The translations under genes were made by a program, and so were the position numbers. Shown here in pieces: positions 1 through 13,109 of a stretch of 64,000 nt of DNA; positions within the stretch are counted from its first letter, which is position 1; each line of letters begins with the position of its first letter. The stretch spans positions 90,522,001 to 90,586,000 of the forward strand of contig NC_086097.1 of NCBI RefSeq assembly GCF_963921235.1. Reading direction: 5' to 3'. The notes under the pieces were generated by a model that saw only the letters and a list, made by a program, of their open reading frames with translations, was not told the DNA's origin and searched no databases. Source of the DNA: Mobula hypostoma. Lineage: Eukaryota.

Positions 1-251
1 TAACACTTCATTTTTCTATCATCCATCGAAGAGTTTCTGAAAATGCTATAATGAATCTGCCTCTAGTACCACCCTTGGCAGGGCATTCCATGTACTCAAC
101 ACTCACTGTTTAAAGAACATATCTCTGACATCCACCTATGCTACCCTCCAATCACTTTAAAATTATGCCCCCTCGTATGAGCCATTATTGCCCTGGGAAA
201 ATGTCTCTGGTAATCCACTCAATCTTTGCCTCTTATCATCTTGTACACCTC
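1..251 (-). mobile_element. CR1-type LINE, degenerate 3' fragment
   Basis: Reverse complement resembles the CR1 ORF2 C-terminal region also seen at 5200-5500 and 25800-26050 (gaggtgtacaagatgataagaggc...ttttcccagggc...tggaatgccctgcca). Confidence 0.75.
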
Positions 252-254
252 CGT

Positions 255-950
255 CAAGACTCTTAACAGTGCTGATGTACAAAGGAATTTTGGTGTCCCA
301 AGTCCATAGTTTCCTAAAAGTGGCAACACAAATGGGTAGAGCAGCATTCTTGCTTTCATCATAACGGGCAGAGATTATAAGGCTCAGGAAGTCATGACAC
401 AGCTGCATAAAACTTTGGTTATGTTTGCTATTGTATGCAGTCCTGGTTGTCACATTTACAGGAGGGATGTGGAGCTTCAGAGACAGCACTGGAGAGTTTG
501 ATCAGGATGTGCTCTGCATTAGAGGTATTTGCTTTAAGGATAGGAGAAATGGCCTGGATTATCTTTTTCTGGAATGTTGGAGGCTGAGGGGAGATCTAAT
601 AAAATTTTGTAAAATTATAAAAGACGTGGATAGGGTGAACGGCCAAAATCATTATCCTAGGGTCAAAATGTTGAATGCTAGAGGACATAGCTTTAAGGTG
701 AGAGGCAGAAGCTTTAAGAGGGGTATGTGGGGCAAGTTTTTTTTTTACACAGAAAATTGTAGGAGCCAGGAACTCACTGCTTGGGTAGTGGTAGAAGACG
801 AAGATAGTGGTGTGCAAGAGGCTTTTGGTTAGGCACATGAATATGCAGAGAATGGAGGAGTATGGATCAGATGCAGGGAGAAGGGATTTAATTTGGCATC
901 ATGCTTGGCACAGACATTGTGAGCTGCACTGTACTGATCTAGGTTCTAAA
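255..950 (+). mobile_element. CR1-type LINE, 5'-truncated 3' fragment
   Basis: ORF 425-832 contains LFLECWRLRGDLIKFCKIIKDVDRV...ARGHSFKV, the typical CR1 ORF2 C-terminus, followed by a CR1-like 3' UTR. Confidence 0.85.
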
Positions 951-2510
951 TCCTGTGATTGTGAAACTTACTGTAACCATGCAATCTCCTCACCCTAATC
1001 TATTATTTTCTGTTACTGAAACATTGGGAATAAAGTTTGAGGCTGCCTGTTGGACAAACCATGCAATGCCATAAAACGAATTACTTTTCACACGGGGCAA
1101 TTATTAGGAGCTTAAACAGACAGAGAGTCAAAGGAGATTGACCAAAGATGTAGTTGGTTGGTTGCATTGATTGGGGAGTTCCTGTGCACTACAGTGGGCA
1201 TTGTTCTATGTGCTCGGTAGTTTAAAATAGAGCCGCAGTAAACAGCTTCAGTCACAGCACACTAGCTTTTGCAATAAACGTACCTTGCTATTAAATGAGA
1301 AGGAATGATTGTGAACACACCAGGGAGCAATGGTTGTGGCAGTTTGGTTTGACCATAAATAGGGGTACAATAAAAGTGGAATCGCAATATACACTGTGGT
1401 ATAAATAATCATGTTTAATGAACGCACCTCTCTGGCTGCAGGGTAAACGGTGATATCTAGTGTACAGTAATATGCAAACACTCTCCCGCAAAGTGAACCT
1501 CTGACTATTGGTCTCCTGGTACTGCTCTAGAAAGAGGAGGGGATTCCCCCTAATGCTCCCTTAGTCTGCATTGCCAGTCAGCCTACAATGCATGTCTGGT
1601 CCAGGTGTGACAGGATGGACGGGATTTTAGCCCACATTCATTTTTACTGCAAAATGCCAATAGTTTGAAGAAGTTGTCTGGGTGACCAAAGCAACAAACG
1701 TCTGTCTGATATGAAATCCAGCAGCTGGCCAAAATTATTGAGCCGTCTAGAAATCAGGACATGCGAGGCAGCAATACCAGTTTCATCTGATAATCTCACA
1801 CCTGTAGTTCACCTGAGTAATACCATTGTGGCAGCTGGCTAGAACCAATTGTTCTGCTCAATGCATTACTGCCACATTTGTTGGTAAAATGGGAACATAT
1901 GAGAAATAGAAGCAAAAATGGGCTATTTGGCCCTTCATGCCAAATGGTAACGATTACTACATGCGCTGGGAAAAACGTGCTGGTTGTCCACTCTATCTAT
2001 GCCTCTTCTCATGTTATATACTTTAATCATCTTCTCATCTATCTTCACTCCAAAGAGTAAAGCTCTAGCTCACTCAACCTTTCAATTTTTAATTCATTTA
2101 TGGTCAGGTCAATATTGATATCACATCCCGCAATGCTCTGGGCAATGTGGTATTGAACTGCTGCAGTTTCTGGTGCAGCTGCTGTCTGGCAGGAGGTTCT
2201 AAGCTTTAGAGTTACTGAAGAATCAATCAGATATTTTCAAGTTAGGTTTGTGAACAGGAATGGCTCAGCAATTTTCCACAGTGTTGGCCACATATACTGC
2301 ATCAGTTCTGGAGTGCAGAGCTTAATCCTACAGCTGGAGTTTTGTAATGTCCCGCAGCCTTTGATTTCTCCATTTCTTGATATCGTGCAAAGAGAATCAA
2401 AATGGCTGAACAATAACTTCTGTGATGGGGGAATCTCATTGGGAAGCCAAGACTTGACTCAGGGTGTATGCAAATGTTTAAGTCCTGTCTTTAACACGCA
2501 TGTGCTAGGA

Positions 2511-5500
2511 AGATAACACAGTTTAACATATGGCTAAGGAGTTGGTGTAGGAAGGAGGGCATAAGATTTTTGGATCATTGGGCTCGGTGGAACCTGAACA
2601 GATGGGATGGTTTGCAGATGAACTGGAGAGGGATTAATATCCTAGTGGGAAGGTTTGTTAATGCTGCACACCAGGGTTTAAACTGGAGTTGCAGGGGAAT
2701 GGGAACCAGAGTGCCAGAACAGGTAGGAGAGGTGTGCAGGCAGATGTTGATAAGACTTCAGACAAATCAGGAATCAAAAGGTTGAGCAGGGTGTGACTAG
2801 TGTCCTGAGCTGTGTATATTTCAAAGCAAGAAGTATCATAGGAAAGGTGGATGATCTCAGGGCATGGATCAACACCTGGAATTATGACGTTGTAGTCATT
2901 AATGAGACTTGGCTGCAGGAGGGGCAGGACTGACAGCTCAGTATTCCAGGGTTACGTTGTATTTGACATGACAGAGTGGGAGGGATTAAAGGAGGAGGGG
3001 TGGCTTTATTAGTCAGGGAAAATGTTCTGGCAGTGCTCCATCGGGACAGACTGGAGAACTCGACCAGTAAGGCATTATGGGTAGAACTGAGAAATAAGAA
3101 TGATATGACCACGTTAATGGGGCTATATTAGAGACCACCCAACAGGCCTGGGGATTTAGAGGAACAAGTCTGTAAGGAGATTGAAGACTGTTGCAAGAAA
3201 CATAAAGTTGTTAAAGAAGGTGATTTTAACTTCCCACTTATTGACTGGGAATCCCATTCTGTAAAAGGACTAGATGGGATAGAGTTTGTCAAATGTGTTC
3301 AGGAAAGTTTCTGTCATCAGTACTTAGAAGTTGCAAACGAGAGAGTGTGTGATACTGGATCTGCTATTAGGGAATGAGACAGGGCAGGTGACAGAAGTTT
3401 TTGTAGGGGAACACTTAGCATCCAGTAACCACATTGCCATTAGTTTCAAAGTAAATATGCAAAAAGATAGGTCAGGTCCGCAGCTTGAGATTCTAAATTG
3501 GAGAAAGGCAATTTTGATGGTATCAGAAATGACCTGGCAAGTGTGGATTGGGACAGGCTGTTTTCTGGCAAGGATGTACTTGAAAAGTTGGAGGTCTTCA
3601 AATATGAAATTCTGGGAGTACAAAGTCTGTATGTGTCTGTCAGAATAAAAGGTAAAGATAACAAGTGCAGGGAACCTTGGTTTTCAAGAGATATTGAGAC
3701 CCAGGTTCAGAGAAAAAAGGAGGTGCATAGCAGGTAAAGGCAAGTAGGAACAAATGAGGTTCTGATGCAGTACAAGAAATGCAAGAAAGAAATCAGGAGG
3801 GCTAAAACAAGGCATGAAGTTCTGCAGCAGACAAAGTGAAGGAGAATCTTAGGGGATTCTACAGATATGTTAAGAGCAAATGGATTGTAGGGGACAAAAT
3901 TAGTCCTCTGAAAGACGAGAATGGTAATCCATGTGTGGAGCCAAAACAGATGGGGGAGATCTGTATTAGCATCTGTATTTACTCAGGAGAGTCTATAGAA
4001 GTGAGGCAAAGTGGCATAGCTTTATGGACCTTGTACAGATTATAGAGGAGGAGGTGTTTGCTACCCTGAGGCAAATCAGAGTGGACAAACCCCCAGGGCC
4101 TGACAAGTTGTTGCCTCGGACTGTACAGGAGGCAAGTGTAGAAATTGCTGGGGTCTTAGCAGAGGTATTTAAAACATCCTTAGTGACAGGAGAAGTACTA
4201 GAGGATTGGAGGATAGCCAAAGTTGTTCTGCTGTTTCAGAAGGCCTTTAAATATAAACTAGGAAATTATAGGACGATGAGTCTTACATCAGTTGTGGGAA
4301 CGTTTTTAGAAGGTATTCTGAGGGACCGGATATATATGTATTTGGATAGACATGGCCTGATTAAGGATAGTCAGCATGGCTTTGTGTGTGGTTGGTCATG
4401 TCTAAACAATCTTACAGAGTTTTTTGAGGAAGTTACCAGGGAGGTGGATGAAGGCAAGGCAGTGGATGTTGCCTATATGGACCTTAGTAAGGCATGTGAC
4501 AAGGTCCCGCATGGGAGGCTGGTCAGGAAGGTTCAGTCACTCAGCATTTAAGATGAGGTAGTAAATTGGATTAGATATTGGCTGTGTGGGAGAAACCAGA
4601 GAGTGGCAGTGGAGGGTTGCCTCTCTGACTGGAGGCCTGTGACTAGTGGAGTGCCGCAGGGATCAATGCTGCTTTTGTTTGTCATTTATATCAATGATCT
4701 GGATGATAATGTGGTTAACTGGGTCAGGAAATTTGTGGATGGCACCAAGATCGGGGGTCTAGTGGATAGCGAGGAAGGCTGTCATGACCTGTAGAGGGAT
4801 CTACATCAGCTGGGAAAATGGGCTAAAAAATGGCAGATGGAATTTAATACACACAAGTGCGAGATTTGCACTTCGGTAGGACCAATCAAGGTAGGTCTTA
4901 TACAGTGAACGGTCGGGCACTGAGGAGTGTGATTGAACAAAGGGATCTGGGAATACAGGTCCGTAATTTGTTGAAAATGTTGTCACAGATAGGTAGGGTC
5001 ATTAAGAAAGCTTTTTGCACATTGGCCTTCATAAATCAAAGTATTGAGTACAGGAGATGGGATGTTATGTCAAAGTTGTATCAGACATTGGTGAGGTCTA
5101 ATTTGGAGTACTGTGTGTAGTTTTGGTCACCTGTCTACAGGAAAGATGTAAACAAAGTTGAAAGACTACTGAGAAAATTTACATGAATGTTGCTGGGTCT
5201 GAAGGTCCAGAGTTATAAGGAAAGATTGAATAGGTTAGGACTGTATTCTTTAGAATGCAGAATATTGAGAGAAGATTTGATAGAGGTATACAAAATTATG
5301 AGCGGTATAGATAGGGTAAATGCAAGTAGGCTTTTTCCACTGAGGTTGGATGGGACTACAACCAGAGGCTGTGGGTTAAGTGTGAAAGGTGAGAAGTTTA
5401 AGGGAAACTTCACTCAGAGGGTCATGAGAGTGTGGAATGGGCTGCCAGCACAAGTCTTGCATGTGAGATCGACTTCAACGTTTAAGAGAAGTTTGTATAG

Positions 5501-5621
5501 GTAGGGATATGGAAGGCTATGGTCCCAGTGCAGATCAATGGGAGTAGGCAGTTAAATGGTTCTGCATGGACTAGATGGGATGAAGGGTCTGTTTCTGTGG
5601 TGTAGTTTCTATGACTCTATG
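2511..5621 (+). mobile_element. Long CR1 LINE copy: end of ORF1 (SGNH-esterase-like) plus disrupted ORF2 (APE endonuclease + reverse transcriptase)
   Basis: ORF1 tail FLDHW...DGLQMNWRGINIL; APE start VYFKARSI...YDVVVINETW; RT motifs PPGPD, SQHGF, YMDLSKACDKVPH, SGVPQGS, FVDGTK. Many stops/frameshifts. (tctatga)-type tail at 5608-5622. TSD-like atgtgctagga (2500-2510) / atgtgccagga (5622-5632). Confidence 0.95.
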
Positions 5622-6263
5622 ATGTGCCAGGATAAGGGTTTTCTTGGAACCTCCTCCTTCACTTGACTGGTTGATCAGCCACTACCATTCAGGATGGATT
5701 GAGCAAGACTAACACACTTTGTTGATTCTGAGATTGATTAAATCCTTTGTGCATTGCTTTTACTTCTTGGCACCCCGTATATCCTTCTGCATAAACTCCG
5801 TAATTCTGGTGCTGCACTTGTAGTTAAGCTTGCTGCTGTTCCTGGCTTATAGTCCTGCACTCTTCATTGAATCAGTATTGGTCTCTGACTTGGTGGGTTT
5901 GGTCTGAAAATTGGTATAGGACTGAATGGCCTCTTTTGATGTTGTTCAAGATAGGGAAATGGATCTGCTGTGGGATTTCAAGGCCATTTTGCAAGAGCTG
6001 GGAAAGCCCTGCAATTGCTGTCCATGCAGGTACTGTTGAGGAAACCTTGGCACAGTCTGCCATCCACTTCATAGATTTCACACTTTATAGACACAGGTTA
6101 TCAATGATGGGTAACAATGAACACTCAAGGTAGACTAAGGGAATGATAGTCAGCAGACTGATTTTCCCTGGTGAATTTAAACTGTTTTTGTATGTTTGGA
6201 GCCACTTTCATGCAGACATGGCAGAGAATTTTCTTCATTGTGCTTAGACCCCCAACTCCTCCA

Positions 6264-6560
6264 GGCAATTTGGTAGCATAATGCTATTGCAGCATCAGTG
6301 ATCTGGGTTCAGTTCCTGCATTGTCTGTAAGGAGTTTGTGTATTCTTCCCATGATCTCGTGAGGTTGCTCCAGGCACTCCAGTTTCCTACCACATTCCAA
6401 AGGTGTATGGGTTGGGGTGAGTAAGTTGTGGCCTGCCATGTTGGCACCAGAAGCCTGGTGTGGGTTGTCCCCAGCACATCCTTGGGCTATGTTGACCATT
6501 GCTGCAAACAATGCATTTCACTGCATGTTTCAATGTACGTGTGCCAATAAAGCCAACCTT
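6264..6560 (+). mobile_element. tRNA-derived SINE (V-SINE-like body), degenerate
   Basis: B-box-like gggttcagttcc, body gtaaggagtttgtgtattcttccc...cagtttcctaccacattccaaa shared with the other SINE copies here, 3' aataaa tail. Confidence 0.7.
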
Positions 6561-7242
6561 TACTCCATTGCAAGATCAGTTTGTAGAAGGTAGAATATCA
6601 TGGTGGCATCTCCTGGTTTCCTGCATGTGCTGCACACAGTTCAAGGTGTGTACAACCAAACCAAGTTGACAAAGATAGCACCAAGTTGCTGTTACGCAGG
6701 GACTGATGTCACCAGTGTACATGGGAGGAGTGTGGGACGGCGCAGTGTTATTTCTTAAGGAGTATAGTGTGTGCTGCAGTGAATGTAATCATGAACTGTA
6801 ATTACATATTCTCTTAACTGAATATCCTTGGGTGATCCAGTTTCCAGGCTCCTAAACTTTCAAGTGGCTGAACTGAGAAATCTACTGTGACTTTAATACC
6901 TATTTTGGGATTGGGGTATGTGATATGAACAGGTAGGTATGCCCCTACTGTACACACTGTGATCCCAACTTTATAGATAGGACAAGCTGCTGCAGCCATA
7001 GTGTGTGTAGTCATTTCTCCTGATTTAGTGCAAAGGAACATTTGTTGGAATGGTGAATGTACTGTGACCAAAGCCATTTAATGAGGCTCTTTATTTGTAC
7101 AGCTCAACACAAAATATCATTTGATTGTTTACAGCACAAAAACAGGCCATTCAACCCAAACATCCTTCGCTTTAAAAACCCGGCTCTTCTACTAGATGTC
7201 TTCCTGATACGTCCTTTCATTTGTACTCGATTGTTTTCCTAT

Positions 7243-7450
7243 TTCCCACTCCCACTCCCATCAGGGAGGAGGTGACATAGCACTCATGTCAGGACCACCA
7301 GATGCAAAAACAGTTACTTCCCCAAGCAGTAAGGCTGATCAACGCCTTCTTTATCTTTTGTGTTTTTTTTGTGCTGCAGATATATGGAGTAGCAATTATT
7401 TCATTCTCCTTACACTTCAGTACAGGACAATCTTAAATCTTGAATCTTGA
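7243..7450 (+). mobile_element. Rex1/Babar-type LINE 3' remnant
   Basis: ctcccatcagggaggagg...aggaccaccagatgcaaaaacagttacttcccc matches the LPSGRR...TTR..NS.FP C-terminus of the other Rex-type copies; tcttgaatcttgaa tail. Confidence 0.65.
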
Positions 7451-7609
7451 ACAGTGCTAAATAATACTATTAATTTTGTTGCACTCTTTTCCATTCATTC
7501 ACTTGCCACTCCATTTGGAACTTTATTTTAATACTTTAGATATCAGATACATTTTGCTGGCAATTATATACTCCTCGAAGTATAGTCATAGCTGTAATGA
7601 CATAGCTGT

Positions 7610-8635
7610 AACTGGCAGACCACAGTACGTGTGCTTGCAACACTGTGTGTCCGACAGGGTGATCAGCAGCACTGGGGCTCCACAGGGGACTGTCTTGTCT
7701 CCCTTTCTCTTCATCATTTACACCTCGGACTTCAACTACTGCCCGGAGTCTTGTCATCTTCAGAAGTTTTCAGATGACTCTGCCATAGGTGGATGCATCA
7801 GCAAGGGAGATGAGGCTGAGTACAGGGCTACGGTAGGAAACTTTGTCACATGGTGTGAGCAGAATTATCTGCAGCTTAATGTGAAAAAGACTAAGGAGCT
7901 GGTGGTAGACCTGAGGAGAGCTAAGGTACCGGTGACCCCTGTTTCCATCCAGGGGGTCAGTGTGGACATGGTGGAGGATTACAAATACCTGGGGATACTA
8001 ATTGACAATAAACTGGACTGGTCTAAGAACACTGAGGCTGTCTACAAGAAGGGTCAGAGCCGTCTCTATTTCCTGAGGAGACTGAGGTCCTTTAACATCT
8101 GCCGGATGATGCTGAGGATGTTCTACGAGTCTGTGGTGGCCAGTGCTATTATGTTTGCTGTTGTGTGCTGGGGCAGCAGGCTGAGGGTAGCAGACACCAA
8201 CAGAATCAACAAACTCATTCATAAGGCCAGTGATGTTGTGGGGATGGAACTGGACTCTCTCACGGTGGTGTCTGAAAAGAGGATGCTGTTTAAGTTACAT
8301 GCCATCTTGGTTAATGTCTCCCATCCACTACATAATGTACTGGGTGGGCACAGGAGTACATTCAGCCAGAGACTCATTCCACCGAGATGCAGCACAGAGC
8401 ATCATAGGAAGTCATTCCTGCCTGTGGCCATCAAACTTTACAACTCCTCCTTTGGAGGGTCAGACACCCTGAGCCAATAGGCTGGTCCTGGACTTATTTC
8501 ATAATTTACTGGCATAATTTACATATTACTATTTAACTATTTATGGTTCTATTACTATTTATTATTTATGGTGCAACTGTAACAAAAAACAATTTCCCCC
8601 GGGATCAGTAAAGTATGACTATGACTATGACTATG
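7610..8635 (+). mobile_element. Young 5'-truncated Rex1/Babar LINE; RT C-terminal half still open
   Basis: Within ORF 7476-8480, from TGRPQYV onward: STGAPQGTVLSPFLF, QKFSDD, LNVKKTKELVVD, YKYLG, KKGQSRLYFLRRLRSF, no stop for ~290 codons. (atgact)n tail at ~8615-8635. The first ~45 codons of the listed ORF are flanking DNA. Confidence 0.93.
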
Positions 8636-9019
8636 TAATGCAGGAAACAGGCAGCCTATTGTGCTTACCAAGGTCCCACAAACAGTAACGATGAAATTAC
8701 CAGGCAATGATTGAGGCATAAATGTGGCCAGAACACAAGGAACAATTTCCCTGCTCTTTTAGTTAATGGAGTCTTTTCTATCCACTTGAGAAGCTCTGTC
8801 TAATCCTTCATGCAAAAGATCAGGCTATGTGAACAAAATGGTACAACTTTTAAAAGGAGAGCAGTATCAAAAGGGAGATTTAGATGATTTAAAAGAACAT
8901 TATAACAAGATTAGTGTTCGTGTTCTATCTGGTTGTTATGAGGTTTTGGCAATTGTGGGGAGCCCTTGGTATGTGACAGCCATCACTTTGTAGATGCTCA
9001 AGGCATAAATTCCATGAAA

Positions 9020-9450
9020 ATAGCCTTAACAGCAGCATATTACAAACATAACAAATGCAAGTTACGTCAACTTAGATTAACACACATTATACATACCTTA
9101 TAAAATAAATAAAAAGGAAAATATAATGACATTAGTGCAAGTTGGAGGAAATGTAGTCTGAGGTAGGATTAATGTTTTTCAGGTCGGTTCATGAACTTGA
9201 TGGTAGTGAGGATGAAGCTATTGTTGAACCTGGAGGTATGGGTCTCCAAGCTCATCTACCTCCTACCAGACGGCAGCAACGAGAAGAAGGCATGGCTTGA
9301 ATCCTGCAGTCCCTTAATGATGGATATTGCCTTCCTGAGACATTACTTCTTGTCAGTGTTTTCAATGTTGGGGGAAGCTGCATCCATGAAGGAACTGGCA
9401 GTGTCTACTAATGATAGTATGCATCAGTGGTGCAAAACTGAATGTTCAAG
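9020..9450 (-). mobile_element. Rex1/Babar-type LINE 3' remnant
   Basis: gttcatgaacttgatggtagtgaggatgaagctattgttgaacctgg...tacctcctaccagacggcagc is the reverse complement of the LLPSGR...RF.NSF C-terminus. Confidence 0.7.
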
Positions 9451-9854
9451 GTAGTTGAGCACAATGGTCCGTAGGTGCTGCTAAACCTTGATACAATCCT
9501 TCTGGGTCTCAGCTGGAATATTGTGTTCTTGTTGGGACACCACACTTTCGGAAGGACATGAATTCCTTAGAAAAGGTGGAGGTGAGATTGAATGGGCCTT
9601 TAGCTGCCTTGAGAATCTGGAGAACTGATCTCCCCATAGTAGGGAAGTTTGGGAGAAAATTTGATAAACCTGATTGATTTTTGAGGTGATAAGGAGAAAT
9701 TCTTCCTGTTGGTGTAAGACTCAGAAACTAGAAGTCAGGCTTAAGGTGATGTGCTAAAGTACGAGAGATGACCAAAGGGATTTCTGTTGACCCAATGAGT
9801 TTCTTTGGGCTGGAATGTACAGACTAAAATGCTAATCAAAGATATATATTGCTT

Positions 9855-10170
9855 AGTACAGGCCATTTAGCCGATTAGGTCTACACTGGCTCTCAGAACT
9901 TTTCCATCAGAATTAGTCACCCCCCACCCCACTACACACACTTATTTCCCTGTAAACTATTTTCTCTTGCATGTGTTCCAACCTTTCTTTAATCCTCCTG
10001 CTGCCTACTGGCACTAAAGATGATTTACAGTGGCTAATTAACATACCAGGATGTCTTTGAGATGTGGGAGGAAACAGGAGTATCTGGAGGTCACATGGAG
10101 AACATGAAAGCTCCATATAGAAAGCACCCAAGGTGAGGAGCAAAGCTAGGCCAGTGAAGTTGTGTGGCAC
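9855..10170 (-). mobile_element. tRNA-derived SINE, degenerate
   Basis: gatgtgggaggaaacaggagtatctggaggtcacatggagaacatgaaagctccata is the reverse complement of the SINE body seen at 21135-21485. Confidence 0.65.
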
Positions 10171-10274
10171 CATACTGTCCTCAATAGGTTTCCAAAGCAA
10201 ATTAGTATCTGTTTATTATTGTCTCCTCTAGCAAAATCATGCCATAATTATACTGTCATTTTAAAAAGAAAACT

Positions 10275-13105
10275 AAATTAAAAGTAATTTTGTCATCAAA
10301 GTATATATATGGCACTATATACATCCTGAGATTTATTGTCTTGAAGGCATTCACAGTAAATACAAAGAAACACAATTGAGTTAATGAAAGACCACACATA
10401 ACAAGATGGACAGACAACCAATGTGCAACAGGCAACAAACTATGCAAATGCATATGTACGGGGTTTCTTCTTTGTATGTTAAATTTAAAATGGCTTCTTT
10501 GTTATGTTAATCTTTTAAACTGCTGCGTATGTGGATTAAAATGGCTTCTATGTTATGTTAAATGCTGAGAAAGTCTCCAGCTAGAAATTTGCTTGAGTTA
10601 ATACAGATAGCAGGGTGCTATTAGCCAAAGGGTATCCACGTTATTATTTCTTGGGGTGATAATGCTGTCTCATATGACTGGGAACGAGGGGTTTTGGCGG
10701 GGAGTCGGACGAGAGACTGGGAGGGCGACGGACATACGGGAAGGCATTGGTCGATCACTCCGTGTGGTCCTGAAGAACTTCCTGAGCTCCAACTTGTGCA
10801 CGAAGAACTTGAACTTTGATAAGTCTGGCGTCTTTTTTTCCATTCCTTCTTTTTCCGTATGGAACTTATATTAATTTCATAGACTTAGTAATATCTATAA
10901 AGTGTACCTGGTAAAATGTACAGTGTGTGCTGGCTGATGATTGATGTTTGAAACTGATTTGGGTGGCAGTGGTACAGCAACCGACCCTGCGGGAAGCGTC
11001 CAGGCGGGCGCCGGGCGGGATTTCCCCTAGACATATACGAGCCAATATAGCGGAGCTTTACACATATAAAAAAAAAATAATAATAATAATAGTAAATAAA
11101 TAAGTAATAAATATCAAGAACATGAGATGAAGACTCCTTAAAAATATGTCCATAGGTTGCAGGAACAGATCAGTGCTGGGATGAGTGAAGGTCAGTGAAG
11201 TTATCCCCACTGATGGTTGAGGAGTAATACCTGTTCCTGAATCTAGTTGTTTTGGTCCTGAAGATCCTGTACCTTTACCTGATGGTAGCAGCAAGAAGAG
11301 AGCGTGGCCAGGATGGTGGGGGTCCTTGATGAATGATGCTGCTTTTGTGCTACAGTGCTCCAGGTAATGGTCAATGGTGGGGAGGACTTTTTCTGTGACG
11401 GACTGGGCTGTATCCACTACCTTTTGTAGATTTTTCCTTTCAAGGGTATTGATGTTTCCATACTAGACCACAATGCAACCAGCCAATATACACTTGAACA
11501 CACCTCTATAAAAGTTCGTCAAAGTTTTAGATGACATGCCAAATCTTCACAAATTTCTAAAAAACTGTGCTTTCTTCACTTACATGCTGGGCCCAGGACA
11601 GATCTTGAAATGATAACACTGAGGAATTTAAAGTTCCTGTCCCTCTCCACCTCTGATTCCCTGGATGATGACTGGCTCATGGACCTCTGGTTTCCTCCTC
11701 CTGAATTCAATAATCAGCTCTTTGGTCTTACTGACATTGAGTGAGAGGTTGTTGTTGTGGCACCCTCAGCCAGGTTTCAATCTCCCTCCTATAAGCTGAT
11801 TCATCACCACCTTGATTCAGCAAGTTTGAATGTGGCATTGGAGCTGTGCTTTGCCTCATAGTCATAAGGATAATGAGAGTAGAGCAGGGGGCTAAGCACA
11901 CAGCCTCGTGGTGCACTAGTGCTGATGGAGATTGTGGAGGAGATGTTGTTGCCAATCTGTATTGACTCCGATCTGCAAACGAGGAAATTGAGGATCCTGT
12001 TGCTCAAGGAGGTATTGAGGCCAAAGTCTTGAAACTTATTGGTTAGTTTTGAGATGATGATAGTATTGAAAGCGGAGCTGAAGTCAATGAAGAACATACT
12101 GGTGTATGCACCTTCATTGTCTAGATGTTCCAGAAATGAGAGACGAACTAATGAAAAGGCATTTGCTGTGGCCCTGTTGTGATGGTAGGCAAATTGGAGT
12201 GGTTTGAGGTCTCTTCTCAGGCACGAATTGACATGTTTCATTGCCAACCTCTGAAAGCACTTCATCACAGTGGATGAAAGTGCTGCTGGACAATAGTCTA
12301 TGAGGCACTGATGTAATTGTAGCCTGCTTGAATCAGGTGGGTACCTCACAGTGCCAAAATGAGAAGTTAAGGATAGTAGTGAACACTCCAGCCAGTTAAT
12401 CAGTGCAGGCCTTTAGTACTCGGCCAGGTACCCCGTCTGGGCTGGATGCTTTCCATGGGTTCACTCTCCTGTAGGATGCTCTCATGTCTGCCTCAGAAAC
12501 CAAAATCATAGGGTTATTGGGGGCTGTAGGAGTTGGTGAAGATGCCGCCATGTTTTGATAGTCAAAGTGAGCATAAAAGGTGTCTGAGAGCGAAACCTGG
12601 CTATCACCTATGTTGCTTAGTTTAATTTTGCAGCAGGTGGTAGCATTCAAGCCCTGACAGAGCTGTCAAACATCCTTCAGTGATTCAGGTTTGGCCCATA
12701 ATTTCTACTTTGCATGTGAGATGGCATTCTGGAGATAGTACCTAGACCTCTCGTATTTTGCTTGATCGCTAGACTTGAATGCCACTGATCTGGCCCTCAG
12801 CAGATTGCGGATTGCATGCTTCATCCAGGTCCCCTAGTTGGGGAAGACTGAATGATTTTGTGGGGACACATTTGCCTATGAGTGTTTTATAATGTCTGTG
12901 ACAACTGTTCAGACCCTCTGATGTGTCCTTTGACATGGCCCAGACCACCGACTCAAAGCAATTCTGTAGCCGTTTCTCTGCTTTCCGCGACCACCCTTTT
13001 GTGTTCCTTACTTCTGGAACCTTGCTGTCTGGTTTCTACCTGTATTCAGCCAAGTGATCAGATTTCCTGAAATGCGGGCTGGGTGAGATCCTTTGCCACT
13101 GCTGT
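10275..13105 (-). mobile_element. Long degenerate Rex1/Babar LINE (RT region + 3' UTR), interrupted by a solo LTR
   Basis: Minus-strand ORFs give [68 protein letters not shown]. Confidence 0.9.
10455..11062. mobile_element. Solo LTR (608 bp) of an LTR retrotransposon/endogenous retrovirus
   Basis: Begins TGTA (10455), ends TACA (11062), flanked by a perfect 4-bp direct repeat cata (10451-10454 / 11063-11066); the Rex-type 3' UTR resumes on both sides; internal short repeats taaaatggcttct. Confidence 0.8.
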
Positions 13106-13109
13106 GAAA

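Noticed and set aside
1..950. Head-to-head CR1 pieces as a twin-priming inversion
   Set aside because: Both pieces cover the same 3' part of ORF2 and differ in sequence, so two independent insertions is simpler.
7476..8480. 334-aa ORF as a functional or domesticated RT gene
   Set aside because: 5'-truncated LINE lacking the N-terminal RT motifs and endonuclease; the upstream codons are chance read-through of flanking DNA from a non-ATG start.
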